DNA from: Turneriella sp.
GTDB taxonomy: Bacteria; Spirochaetota; Leptospiria; Turneriellales; Turneriellaceae
Assembly (NCBI GenBank): GCA_965279515.1
Contig: CBDIID010000003.1
Span: 864,001-928,000 of the forward strand
Reading direction: 5' to 3'
DNA length: 64,000 nucleotides
The position numbers and the translations under genes are program-made. Positions 42,789 to 51,464 of the stretch are shown piece by piece. Positions within the stretch are counted from its first letter, which is position 1. Every line of letters begins with the position of its first letter. The notes beneath the pieces are model-generated. The model did no database searches and was not told the origin of the DNA. It saw only the letters and a program-made list of their open reading frames with translations.

Positions 42789-44012
42789 CTATCTTGCGGC
42801 AGCCTTACGGTAGATCTTTTCGAGCTTATCAGTGCACTTGTCATGCCCGTGATCCTGCGCAATTTCGATGGAGGCCGCTGAACACGCCTCATAGAGCGCG
42901 GCATCTTTCAGCAGGCGCACCGCCGCTTCGGCCATTTTGTGTATGTCATGGGCAGGCGGCGTAAAACCGTTGCGGCCATTCTGGATGAGCTCGGGCAGCG
43001 CATAGGCATCCACACCCACCGCTGGTAATCCCGTCGCAATCGCCTCGAGCGCCACAAGGCCCTGCGTTTCCATCGCCGAAGCGGTGATAAAGAGGTCATG
43101 GTCGGCATAGATTTGCGGCAGCTCGCCGCGCGATTTGTAGCCCATGAAGTTGATGCTGTCGGCGACGTTCAGTTCCGACGCTTCGCGCTTCAGATCGAGC
43201 AGCACCGGCCCGTCGCCGACCACGGTCAGAAGCGCATCGGGAATCTCGCGCTTGATGAGTGTAAAGGCGCGTATGACTTCTTCGGTATTTTTTTCGGGCG
43301 CAATACGGCCGACATGCAGAATACGCGGATGGCTGACCGGGAAATGGCGCTTCTCGCCGCGGAAAAAACGCAAATCGATACCATTCGAGACAACCGTCAC
43401 CGGCGCTTTGATCTGATGGTTGATGAGTTCTTTTTTTATCAGCTCGCTCGGTGAGATAACGATCTGGCATTTCTCATAGAGCCGGTTCGCGAGCTTAAAG
43501 AGCAGCTTGCCACCCAGCGATGCCGGCCTTTTGCGCGTCAGTTTTTCGAGTTTTGAGGCTATTTTTTTCTTGCGGCGGAAACGTGTGAGTAGTTTGTCGA
43601 GCTTCAAAAGCCTGAAAGGATTTACGTACATCCCCACTTCACTCATCATTGTGTGGTAGGTGCCAATCACGGGAATCGAATAAATTTTGCCCGCGGCGAC
43701 CCCATACTGCCCCATAAAGCCCGGCGTCTGGATATGGATGAGGTCGGGCTTAAAATCCTTAATCACCTTGTGCAGACGCGTGCGGCCGGGCACAATGATG
43801 CGCATTTCGGGGTATGAAGGCAATGCCACCGACTTGAAACGCTCAATGCGGATGTTCGCTCCCATGAGCTCGGTGTCATCGTCACCATAACGGGGACAGC
43901 AGATCACAAACTTGTGTCCCCTGCCCTCGAGTTTCTCGCAAAAGTTTTGCACCGAAACGGCGATCCCGTCGATTTTCGGAAAAAAGGAATCCGTGAAGAT
44001 GGCAATCCGCAT
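42789..44012 (-). CDS. GT4 family glycosyltransferase (diacylglycerol glycosyltransferase-like)
   Basis: MRIAIFTDSFFPKIDG, HIQTP, GTYHT, VGRIAPEKN, ETQGLVALEA. Confidence 0.88.
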   Translation of the reverse strand: MRIAIFTDSFFPKIDGIAVSVQNFCEKLEGRGHKFVICCPRYGDDDTELMGANIRIERFKSVALPSYPEMRIIVPGRTRLHKVIKDFKPDLIHIQTPGFMGQYGVAAGKIYSIPVIGTYHTMMSEVGMYVNPFRLLKLDKLLTRFRRKKKIASKLEKLTRKRPASLGGKLLFKLANRLYEKCQIVISPSELIKKELINHQIKAPVTVVSNGIDLRFFRGEKRHFPVSHPRILHVGRIAPEKNTEEVIRAFTLIKREIPDALLTVVGDGPVLLDLKREASELNVADSINFMGYKSRGELPQIYADHDLFITASAMETQGLVALEAIATGLPAVGVDAYALPELIQNGRNGFTPPAHDIHKMAEAAVRLLKDAALYEACSAASIEIAQDHGHDKCTDKLEKIYRKAAAR

Positions 44013-44020
44013 AATATATT

Positions 44021-44040
44021 ATTTCGCTAACTAACGAATC
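44021..44040. promoter_or_regulatory. Putative ArsR-type operator, copy 4 (ATTTCGCTAACTAACGAATC)
   Basis: 8 nt upstream of the GT4 ATG, downstream of minus-strand TTGACC at 44056-44051. Confidence 0.7.
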
Positions 44041-44081
44041 ATAATCTGCGGGTCAACCTAAAATGGTTAAACCCAAAACAA

Positions 44082-45107
44082 TTATTTTGCGGCTTGCACG
44101 AGGGCGATGAGATCGGGCAGCATCGTCTCTGCCGTGAGTTTGTAGTGTTTCATGAGCGACGGTGCATCGCCTGACTGGCCGAACTCGTCGCGCAGGCCGA
44201 TGCGATGCACGCGGCAGGGCTGCTTTTCGGCGATAATTTCAGCGACGGCAGACCCCATGCCCGCCATGATGTTGTGCTCTTCAAAGGTCACAACCAGTTT
44301 CGCATCTTTCGCTTCTGTGAGGATGGTCTTCTCATCGAGAGGTTTTACCGAATATGCGTCAATCACCGTCGGCTTCACACCGGTCTCTTTTTCGAGCAGC
44401 GCCGCGGCTTTCCAGGCCTCATAGACCATGACACCGGTGGCCACAAAAACAACCGGTGCGCCATGGTTCAAGGATGAACCGGGGTCGGCCGAGCCAGGGA
44501 TGGCGAAAGGCCGACCTTTCTGCAAAACGGTTGAACCACCAACTTTAAAAGTATCGGCTGCGCTGTAGATCGACGGCACATTCGGCCGGCCGAGGCGCAG
44601 GTAGACAGGTCCATCAAATGCCACAGCCGCTTTAATCGCCGCAGCGGCGTGAAAATAATCGGCAGGCACAAGTACGGTCAGGCCGGGGATAACCCGCGTC
44701 AGGGCGAGGTCTTCAATGATCTGGTGGCTGGCACCGTCTTCGCCGAGTGTAATGCCGGCATGCGTTGCAGCGACTTTGACGTTGAGGTGAGGATAACAAA
44801 CCGAATTACGCAGAATTTCCCAGGCGCGGCCGGCGGCAAACATCGCAAAACTCGACGCCACGGGTATGAGCCCCGAGAGCGCAAAGCCGGCTGCCTGGCC
44901 GATGAGGTTCTGCTCCGCCACGCCGTAATTAAAGAAGCGATCAGGGTACTTTTCACTGAATTTTTTGGTTTTCGTCGAACCTGAAAGGTCGGCATCGAGT
45001 ACCACGACCTTAGGGTTCTCAGCCCCGATTTCGACGAGTGCCGCGCCATAACCGTCGCGGGTCGCCTTTTTCTCGAGATTTGCAGCGAGTATATCTGTAA
45101 CTGGCAC
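44082..45107 (-). CDS. Transketolase C-terminal (pyrimidine-binding) subunit
   Basis: ATRDGYG, LDADLSGST, GVAEQN, GEDGASHQ, EEHNI. Confidence 0.92.
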   Translation of the reverse strand: MPVTDILAANLEKKATRDGYGAALVEIGAENPKVVVLDADLSGSTKTKKFSEKYPDRFFNYGVAEQNLIGQAAGFALSGLIPVASSFAMFAAGRAWEILRNSVCYPHLNVKVAATHAGITLGEDGASHQIIEDLALTRVIPGLTVLVPADYFHAAAAIKAAVAFDGPVYLRLGRPNVPSIYSAADTFKVGGSTVLQKGRPFAIPGSADPGSSLNHGAPVVFVATGVMVYEAWKAAALLEKETGVKPTVIDAYSVKPLDEKTILTEAKDAKLVVTFEEHNIMAGMGSAVAEIIAEKQPCRVHRIGLRDEFGQSGDAPSLMKHYKLTAETMLPDLIALVQAAK

Positions 45108-45214
45108 ATGGCTAAACCGGGGGTTTTAACACGCTGTCACCCGGATTTCCACAGAATGCTCAGTGAGGTGAGAAAAACAAGCCTGTTTTTGGTATTTCAT
45201 TTATAGAGCCAGCC

Positions 45215-45799
45215 ATGAAATACATCCACCCCCTGCACCACCGAAAAACATCCGTGTCGCTGCCGCGCGCCTCTTACCGCCGTATGTGCGCGGCCCGTAA
45301 AATTTTTGCCCGTAACGGTATTTACTATTCCCGGCAGGAAATTTACCGCCGCCTGTTTAAGCTCTTCCTTAAGAACTGGCGCGGCCGCGGTGCAAAAACC
45401 AATGGTCTTCGGCGCTACAATGCCGATGGTAAGGATTTTGAAATCCACCCGCTCTATATCAATCAGGTGCTCTATGCGGCCCTCTGGCAGCGTGCGCTGC
45501 ATTCGGGTGAATCTATTTCACGCATGCTCGATGTGGCAATCCGTGTCTATCTGCCTCAGCTGCTGGAGAGCTTGTTGTTCTCGCCTCGGCCGCAAGCGAC
45601 TTTGACTAAGAACATTCGGTATTGGACGATGCGCTACTGCCAACGGAAGAATCAACAACCGGACTTTTTCATTAACTACCTCTGTCATACGCGGATGAAT
45701 GACGGAAGCGGCCTGGAATATTCGCAAAGTATGCAGATTATCTCCAAAGCAGGCCTTTCGCCCATGCAGATTTGGGACTTGTTACACCGGGCGGCGTAA
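45215..45799 (+). CDS. Putative ribbon-helix-helix (DUF1564-like) protein, paralog of 11203..11763
   Basis: TSVSL...HSGESISRMLDVAIRVYL. Confidence 0.6.
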   Translation: MKYIHPLHHRKTSVSLPRASYRRMCAARKIFARNGIYYSRQEIYRRLFKLFLKNWRGRGAKTNGLRRYNADGKDFEIHPLYINQVLYAALWQRALHSGESISRMLDVAIRVYLPQLLESLLFSPRPQATLTKNIRYWTMRYCQRKNQQPDFFINYLCHTRMNDGSGLEYSQSMQIISKAGLSPMQIWDLLHRAA

Positions 45800-45823
45800 A
45801 AATTCCAAATTCACACGGCGCAA

Positions 45824-48037
45824 TTACTTGATTACGATAGAATGTTTGAGATTCGTCTCGAGCTGCCGGTCAAACAGCTTATATTCGCCGTAACCCGAAA
45901 AAATCGTATTATCATTTTCGGCCTTCACCTGCGAAACGGTGCCCGAACCATTGCCGCGGTTCGTGCGCACATCGACGGTCTCCCACTGCAAGGGTAACTG
46001 CTGCGCACGCGCCCAGGCGCCCAACCGCACACGCTTCAGGCGAATATCGGTGACCGACATCGCCTTGAGGTAGTGATCCGCCGCGCGCTCACCGTTATAG
46101 TTGTTATCGTGGACAATTTCCACGCCGGAGAAGTACTCAAAATAATCACCGCCAAACCAGGGCTTCAAAAGGTCATAACCGCCGTCGAGGTTCAGGCGTA
46201 AATTATGGGTATACCACGGTGAGTTCGCTTCGTCCCCCGCATAAGAGAGGGAAAGGTTTGTCCAGTTTTTGCCGTCCGCCGACGAAAGCCGGAATGTTCC
46301 GCCGGAATACTGCGGCGCAAAGAACAGTTCACCCTTAAGGGGTGTTCTCTGCCCCCAGTCAAAATTTTTGATCTCAATCGGCATGGCAAAATCGAGATAC
46401 TGGAAAAATCTCACGAAATACTCGCGGCGCTTCAGGTGCGATGGCAGCCACGAATAGTGCATACCGTCACGCACTTCCTCCCAATAATCGTCGAGCCAGA
46501 AATTGACATAGGGCTTAAGGTCTGACCAGTAGATATTCTCTGAGACCAGGGGCGCGGCGATTCTGCCGCTCAGGGCAAAAATTTTCTGTTCTGAAACCTG
46601 GCCGCGCTCGCGCATCAGCGCGTTGACGCGGGGCTTAAAAGCCACCGGATAGAGTTCAAGCGAGCCCTGGGCCGAAGTCGTGAGCTGCGAATTGCCGCTC
46701 ATGGCTTTAATCTCCGCAGAAAATTTTTCGTTCGCAAGCGCCAGGTGCGCTTCGGGAATCCGGATTACCGGCAGGGTACGCTCATCGCCCACAGCAAAAC
46801 CGCCGTCGGCGATATCGAGATTCATTTCCGTTTTGGCATATTTGTTCCCGTTGCGGCCCGAAAGGTTAATCGAGAGATTCGTCAGGCCATAGAGTTTTTT
46901 CTGCGCCGGCAGGCGGAGCATCTTTTTGCCGAAGAGTTTGGGTTCGATTCGGAAAGTATATTTCTCCGGCAGGGCATCCGGCCGCAGATCTTCGAATTCG
47001 GCATTCACATTATAACTCTCGAGCGCTGCGCGCACATAACCTGTGGAGCTCTGTCCCTTGATGAGCATTTTTGTATCAACAGCGAAAGAATCGGAATGAT
47101 ACCATTCGCGCTTTTTCTTTGAAATCGTAAAATCGCGCGCCGCCATCGCCATGCGAAAATTAGACACCGGCTCACGGAATTTCTCCGGTTTGCCCTTCAC
47201 GATGCGTTCGGCCTCGACCAGGGTACGGTCGAAGGCAACCTCACCCGAAAGCAGGCCCGATGTGATATCATACTCTTTCTGAAAATTATTCAGCAGAACT
47301 GTTTTCAGGCCAGACGGTTTGAAATACCAGTATCCCTCTAAATCGTCGCAGCCGAGCGAAACGCAGGCTTTGAACTTACCGAAAAAATCGCCGTCACCGA
47401 TCGTCGAACTTTCATAACGCACCAGCGCCTGCACTTCCTTACCGGCATGCCTGACGGTGAAATACAGGGTCTGTACTGGGGTAATTTCCTGAAAATAGCT
47501 GTTGTCTTTGACGTTGAGCGCGAAGCGGCATTCGTCGCACTCGACATGGTACTGCAGGTTTTCCTGCATCAGGCGCCGTACCTGGTTTAAAACTTCTTTA
47601 TCCGCCGCATCGGCTGTAAGCCAGTAACTGACCTTGCCCTTGTCGATGACAATGCGCGCCTTGGAAAGCCAGTCGCGGTCCGACGCATTCGGAAAACCAA
47701 AAGGAACGTGGATATAGACCGCCGGCGCCTCGAGCAGGTAGCGCCCACGCGAAAAATCCTTATCGAAGGAAACACGCACGCCGATGATGCGCACGCCGCG
47801 GAACAGGCTGACATCGACGCCCTGGTAAGAGATCGCGATGCCGCTGGCATCGATCACCTCGTTGAGTTTTGCCTGGAACGCTTTGCTGTTAAAAAACAGC
47901 GAGGGCACTGCATCGGCGGTGAACCAGAGGACAATAGCGGCCACGATGCTGATGCTGTATTTAAGCATGCGCCGCGTCGCGAATGCTTCGAGGCGGGTAC
48001 GCGCCGATTTGAGAACGGTCTCCCGGTCAAATCGCAT
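45824..48037 (-). CDS. Large hypothetical membrane-anchored beta-rich protein (AsmA/TamB-like architecture possible)
   Basis: N-terminal TM then long beta-rich region; start uncertain. Confidence 0.55.
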   Translation of the reverse strand: MRFDRETVLKSARTRLEAFATRRMLKYSISIVAAIVLWFTADAVPSLFFNSKAFQAKLNEVIDASGIAISYQGVDVSLFRGVRIIGVRVSFDKDFSRGRYLLEAPAVYIHVPFGFPNASDRDWLSKARIVIDKGKVSYWLTADAADKEVLNQVRRLMQENLQYHVECDECRFALNVKDNSYFQEITPVQTLYFTVRHAGKEVQALVRYESSTIGDGDFFGKFKACVSLGCDDLEGYWYFKPSGLKTVLLNNFQKEYDITSGLLSGEVAFDRTLVEAERIVKGKPEKFREPVSNFRMAMAARDFTISKKKREWYHSDSFAVDTKMLIKGQSSTGYVRAALESYNVNAEFEDLRPDALPEKYTFRIEPKLFGKKMLRLPAQKKLYGLTNLSINLSGRNGNKYAKTEMNLDIADGGFAVGDERTLPVIRIPEAHLALANEKFSAEIKAMSGNSQLTTSAQGSLELYPVAFKPRVNALMRERGQVSEQKIFALSGRIAAPLVSENIYWSDLKPYVNFWLDDYWEEVRDGMHYSWLPSHLKRREYFVRFFQYLDFAMPIEIKNFDWGQRTPLKGELFFAPQYSGGTFRLSSADGKNWTNLSLSYAGDEANSPWYTHNLRLNLDGGYDLLKPWFGGDYFEYFSGVEIVHDNNYNGERAADHYLKAMSVTDIRLKRVRLGAWARAQQLPLQWETVDVRTNRGNGSGTVSQVKAENDNTIFSGYGEYKLFDRQLETNLKHSIVIK

Positions 48038-48362
48038 TTGCTGTTTCGTCAAGTTCCCTGAGGAATTTATAAGTGTAAATCCCGGTATTGTGCCCGTCGC
48101 TGAAGGTAAAATTCACGGCATAATTTCCCACCCAGTCAAAGGAGGCAATTTCAACCATGGGCGGCACGCCTTTCGGCCCGCGGATGGCATTCGGGTCCGG
48201 GTTATGCAGATCGCGGCAGGTCGCGCACGGGCAGCGCATGCGCAGGTTGAATGCTGAGTGTGCGCTTTCGGCACCGTCTGACCAGCGTATCGCCGCGACA
48301 TTGCCAGAGAGGACCTTTTTGGGCAGGCGGATTTCAATCGATTCGGGGAGTATTACGGGCAT
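48027..48362 (-). CDS. DUF971 / gamma-butyrobetaine hydroxylase-like domain protein
   Basis: WSDG, LR..CPCATC, VGNYAV.F.FSDGHNTGIY. Confidence 0.9.
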   Translation of the reverse strand: MPVILPESIEIRLPKKVLSGNVAAIRWSDGAESAHSAFNLRMRCPCATCRDLHNPDPNAIRGPKGVPPMVEIASFDWVGNYAVNFTFSDGHNTGIYTYKFLRELDETANAI

Positions 48363-48386
48363 GGTGTTTGCCGGGTAAGTGGCAAT

Positions 48387-49265
48387 CTAAGTTTTGGGCC
48401 GTATACCCAAAAACCCCTGAAACCAACTGAGCAGTGCCCGGTAAAATTTCGCGAACGGTTGCTGCTCGAAAAAGAGCAACACCGTATCGCGCCCGCAGGC
48501 GATAATCTCAAAGGCAATAAACCCAGGCGCTCTGAAAAAATATTCGCGAAATAACCGGGCGCGGTTCCGGAACATGTGTTGGTAACGGAACAAGGAATAT
48601 CCCGGCGGGTGCAGGGTGAATCCCATGATCTTTTTGCCCTTGCGCTCGCCGCGCGCATGTTCGAGCACAGCATCGCCACAGATCATAGTTTGAATTCCCG
48701 CTTGGCGCTTTGCCCTGAGGCAGAACTCCCAGTCGACATAGTCGATGAAAAACTCTTCGCGCATGCCCCCAACGCGTTCAAAAACCTGACGGCTAATCAG
48801 CGTCCCCGAGGCGATGGCCAGCATCGCGTGTGGCAGCACTGCCCCTTGCGGGCAAGCACGCCGGCGGAACAGAAATTTTGCATAAACAGGATATTTGCTG
48901 AAATGGCGGGTGTTGACATCGAAGATCTGCGCGCCCACGATCACGGGATGGGATTCGTTTTTATATGCAGTCCACAGGGCTTTGGTTAATCCCCGCTGCG
49001 GCGTCGAATCGTGATCGAATAGGATTACCCCGTCGGCCTTTTTATCGAACGCGAGTTTTAATCCCACATTCTGCGCATGCGCGATGCCGGTATTTTTACC
49101 AAGCTCGACCACGGTCGCTTTTGTCTTTTTGAGTATTTTCAGACTCTCAGCGGGCGAGCCGTTATCGATGACGTAGACCGCATCGCATTCCCGCGCAATA
49201 GCTTTAACACGATCTGCTATTCCCGTATCCGGGTTGTACGTAACTATAACCGCGGCTGTCTTCAT
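48387..49265 (-). CDS. GT2 family glycosyltransferase (rhamnosyltransferase-like)
   Basis: VIVTYNP, IDNGS, NTGIAHAQNVG, FDHDS, FFIDYVDWEFC. Confidence 0.88.
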   Translation of the reverse strand: MKTAAVIVTYNPDTGIADRVKAIARECDAVYVIDNGSPAESLKILKKTKATVVELGKNTGIAHAQNVGLKLAFDKKADGVILFDHDSTPQRGLTKALWTAYKNESHPVIVGAQIFDVNTRHFSKYPVYAKFLFRRRACPQGAVLPHAMLAIASGTLISRQVFERVGGMREEFFIDYVDWEFCLRAKRQAGIQTMICGDAVLEHARGERKGKKIMGFTLHPPGYSLFRYQHMFRNRARLFREYFFRAPGFIAFEIIACGRDTVLLFFEQQPFAKFYRALLSWFQGFLGIRPKT

Positions 49266-49299
49266 GGGGTTGTTAAGGGGCGAAGCCCCTTAAACATTT

Positions 49300-49639
49300 T
49301 GGAGACGGCGGGAGTCGAACCCGCGTCTTACCGCTCAATCATTCGCTTTCTACATGCTTAGTCGGTAATTGTTTTTCTATGAACCGCCGCCCGCCGACAG
49401 GCAACGAATCCACATAGCGGCTTAACTTCGCCAAGACGCGCGCCGCGCGCGTCCCGGCTATTTTGCTGTAAGGTTTAAGGCTATAACTTCCGCAAACTCA
49501 GATCATAGCCAGTGCCTCGTGCGATTAAGCAGCGAGAGCGTAGTTTTCGTTTTCTGCAGTTAAACAGATTGCCTTTTATGGAGGCTACCATGCATGCTTT
49601 TCAAACAACCAATACGATAATCGAAGCCATTGCGTCCCC
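49300..49639 (-). ncRNA. ssrA: tmRNA; tag (A)ENENYALAA read from GCA at 49557 to TAA at 49525
   Basis: 5' GGGGACG..., 3' GCGGGTTCGACTCCCGCCGTCTCCA tRNA-like end, tag ORF ending YALAA. Confidence 0.95.
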
Positions 49640-49682
49640 TAAGGTTTTTGCGCACTCTTGCGCAAAAGCCGTGGCTACCAAT

Positions 49683-49711
49683 ACTATACTCCATTATGTG
49701 AAATATGTCCA
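49683..49711 (-). promoter_or_regulatory. sigma70-like promoter for ssrA
   Basis: TGGACA-17 nt-TATAGT. Confidence 0.55.
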
Positions 49712-49809
49712 AGAAAACCGGAAGCCGGCCTCTTGGCCGCTTCAGCCGTGAACTTGCCGCAGGCAAGTTTTAGGGCTTCCGGTTTTGAGGGATCGGTAGC
49801 CCTTTTCTA

Positions 49810-49882
<73 letters not shown>

Positions 49883-50128
49883 CCAGGATATAAAATCCGT
49901 CCCGGAGAAAACTGGAGACAAAACAGCCGGTAAAGCAAAAATTGGGCTAAATGCGGGCGTCCCCCTACGCTGCGCTCCGGGTCGGGCCCTTCCGGGCTCC
50001 GCTAACGCTGCGGCCCTGCGGGCTGCCCCTGCAGGTCCCTGACGCACACTGCTGCATGTATGCTTAAACGTAATATAAAGCCTGCGCACGACCAATAAAA
50101 TATATATAGATCAAATTATCTATTGTTA

Positions 50129-50157
50129 TTGACAAGCCATCCCCACCGCCGCATACT
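50129..50157 (+). promoter_or_regulatory. sigma70-like promoter for hsp20
   Basis: TTGACA-17 nt-CATACT; SD GGAGG before ATG. Confidence 0.65.
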
Positions 50158-50190
50158 GCGATTAGCCGCCCCTGCGGCACGGAGGAACCT

Positions 50191-50691
50191 ATGAATATTA
50201 TCAAACCATGGACCAGCGAAGGCCGCGAACGCCTCGCCAGTGATTTTAATACGCGCATCGCGCAGTTGCAGCATGAGTTTAACCACCTGTTTGATGGCAT
50301 CAGCAGCGGCTGGCGCTCGAACCCGCTGGTTCTCGAATCGGAGAAATTCTTCAACCGGTTCATACCCAGCATCAATGTGCGCGAAAACGACAAAGACATC
50401 ACCGTCACGGCCGAGCTGCCGGGCCTCGAAGAGAAAGATATCCACGTCACCCACTCCGAGAATGAACTCATTCTCGAAGGCGACAAAAAGATCGAAAAGC
50501 GCGATCCCAAAGACAAAGATCACGTGATCGAGAGCTCGTATGGCAGCTTTCGCCGCATCATCGGCCTGCCTACGTCGATCGATCTCACGAAGATCGACGC
50601 TAAATTCAAAAACGGCGTCCTGACCATCACCCTGCCCAAATCTGAAAAGGCAAAGGAAAACGTCCGTAAAATAGAAATCAAAGCTGGTTAA
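50191..50691 (+). CDS. Hsp20/alpha-crystallin small heat shock protein
   Basis: VTAELPGL, ESSYGSFRR, AKFKNGVLTITLPK. Confidence 0.95.
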   Translation: MNIIKPWTSEGRERLASDFNTRIAQLQHEFNHLFDGISSGWRSNPLVLESEKFFNRFIPSINVRENDKDITVTAELPGLEEKDIHVTHSENELILEGDKKIEKRDPKDKDHVIESSYGSFRRIIGLPTSIDLTKIDAKFKNGVLTITLPKSEKAKENVRKIEIKAG

Positions 50692-50702
50692 ACTGGTCTT
50701 TG

Positions 50703-50736
50703 GGCTGCCCGACCGCTCCGCCGGGCAGCCTTTTTT
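50703..50736 (+). terminator. Intrinsic terminator of hsp20
   Basis: GGCTGCCCG...CGGGCAGCC followed by TTTTTT. Confidence 0.75.
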
Positions 50737-50890
50737 AAAAAACAGTTCAGGGATTTCGTAAACAACCGATACTAATTATGTCACATAAGGCGCGTTAGCG
50801 CCCTTAGACACCTGCCAAGGACGGCAGGTAAAGATCAGGCATGGATGCCCCGGGATTTTCAAAGAAAATCCGCTGAACTAAAGGAGCAAC

Positions 50891-51121
50891 ATGCGTAAAC
50901 CCTCAATCGCGGCTGGCCGCAACAAATTCAAAAAGGTTCTGTCACAGTACGTCAAACACCAGGGCCTCGACCTCGAAGTCACCATGAAAGGCGGCGAACG
51001 CGTTACCCTGTCAAAAATGCGGAAAATCGAAGGCGATCAGGTCATCTCCACCACATCGCGTGGCATCCAGTCAGCGCTGGCTATCCGCGATATCACACAC
51101 CTCGAAGTTTTTGTAAACTGA
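50891..51121 (+). CDS. Small hypothetical protein (76 aa)
   Basis: Strong SD AAGGAG; beta-rich C-terminal half. Confidence 0.7.
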   Translation: MRKPSIAAGRNKFKKVLSQYVKHQGLDLEVTMKGGERVTLSKMRKIEGDQVISTTSRGIQSALAIRDITHLEVFVN

Positions 51122-51176
51122 GACACAGGATGTGTCCAGGCCACCGCCGACAGGATGTCGTCGGTGCGGTGGCTGA

Positions 51177-51422
51177 CTATTCTTCTAAAAGCGCGTTCAT
51201 GCTCGCCAGCAATGCGTCGAGCGGAACGCCATAACCCATGCAGATCTGCTCGAGGGTTTCAATTTCATTGATACCACAGTGTGAGCAACCGCCCAAATGG
51301 AAACTCGCGAGAACCAGGCCCGCTTCTTCATGGATGCGCAGCGCCTCGCCTACGGTTGTTTGACCGGTAAATTGTGGCTTTTGTGTAACTTCAGCAGCCG
51401 GGGCACTTGTTGTGGTTTCCAT
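51177..51422 (-). CDS. DUF1858-like small Cys-containing protein
   Basis: GCSHC...ETLEQIC..YG; TTGACG-17-TATATT promoter 8 nt before ATG 51422. Confidence 0.7.
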   Translation of the reverse strand: METTTSAPAAEVTQKPQFTGQTTVGEALRIHEEAGLVLASFHLGGCSHCGINEIETLEQICMGYGVPLDALLASMNALLEE

Positions 51423-51464
51423 CAGTTCAGAATATAGCAATCCCAGGCAAAAACGTCAAGAAAA

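Noticed and set aside
50160..50190. CIRCE element at hsp20 (TTAGCC...) or at 50795 (TTAGCG...)
   Set aside because: No matching GAGTGCTAA half-site at 9-nt spacing
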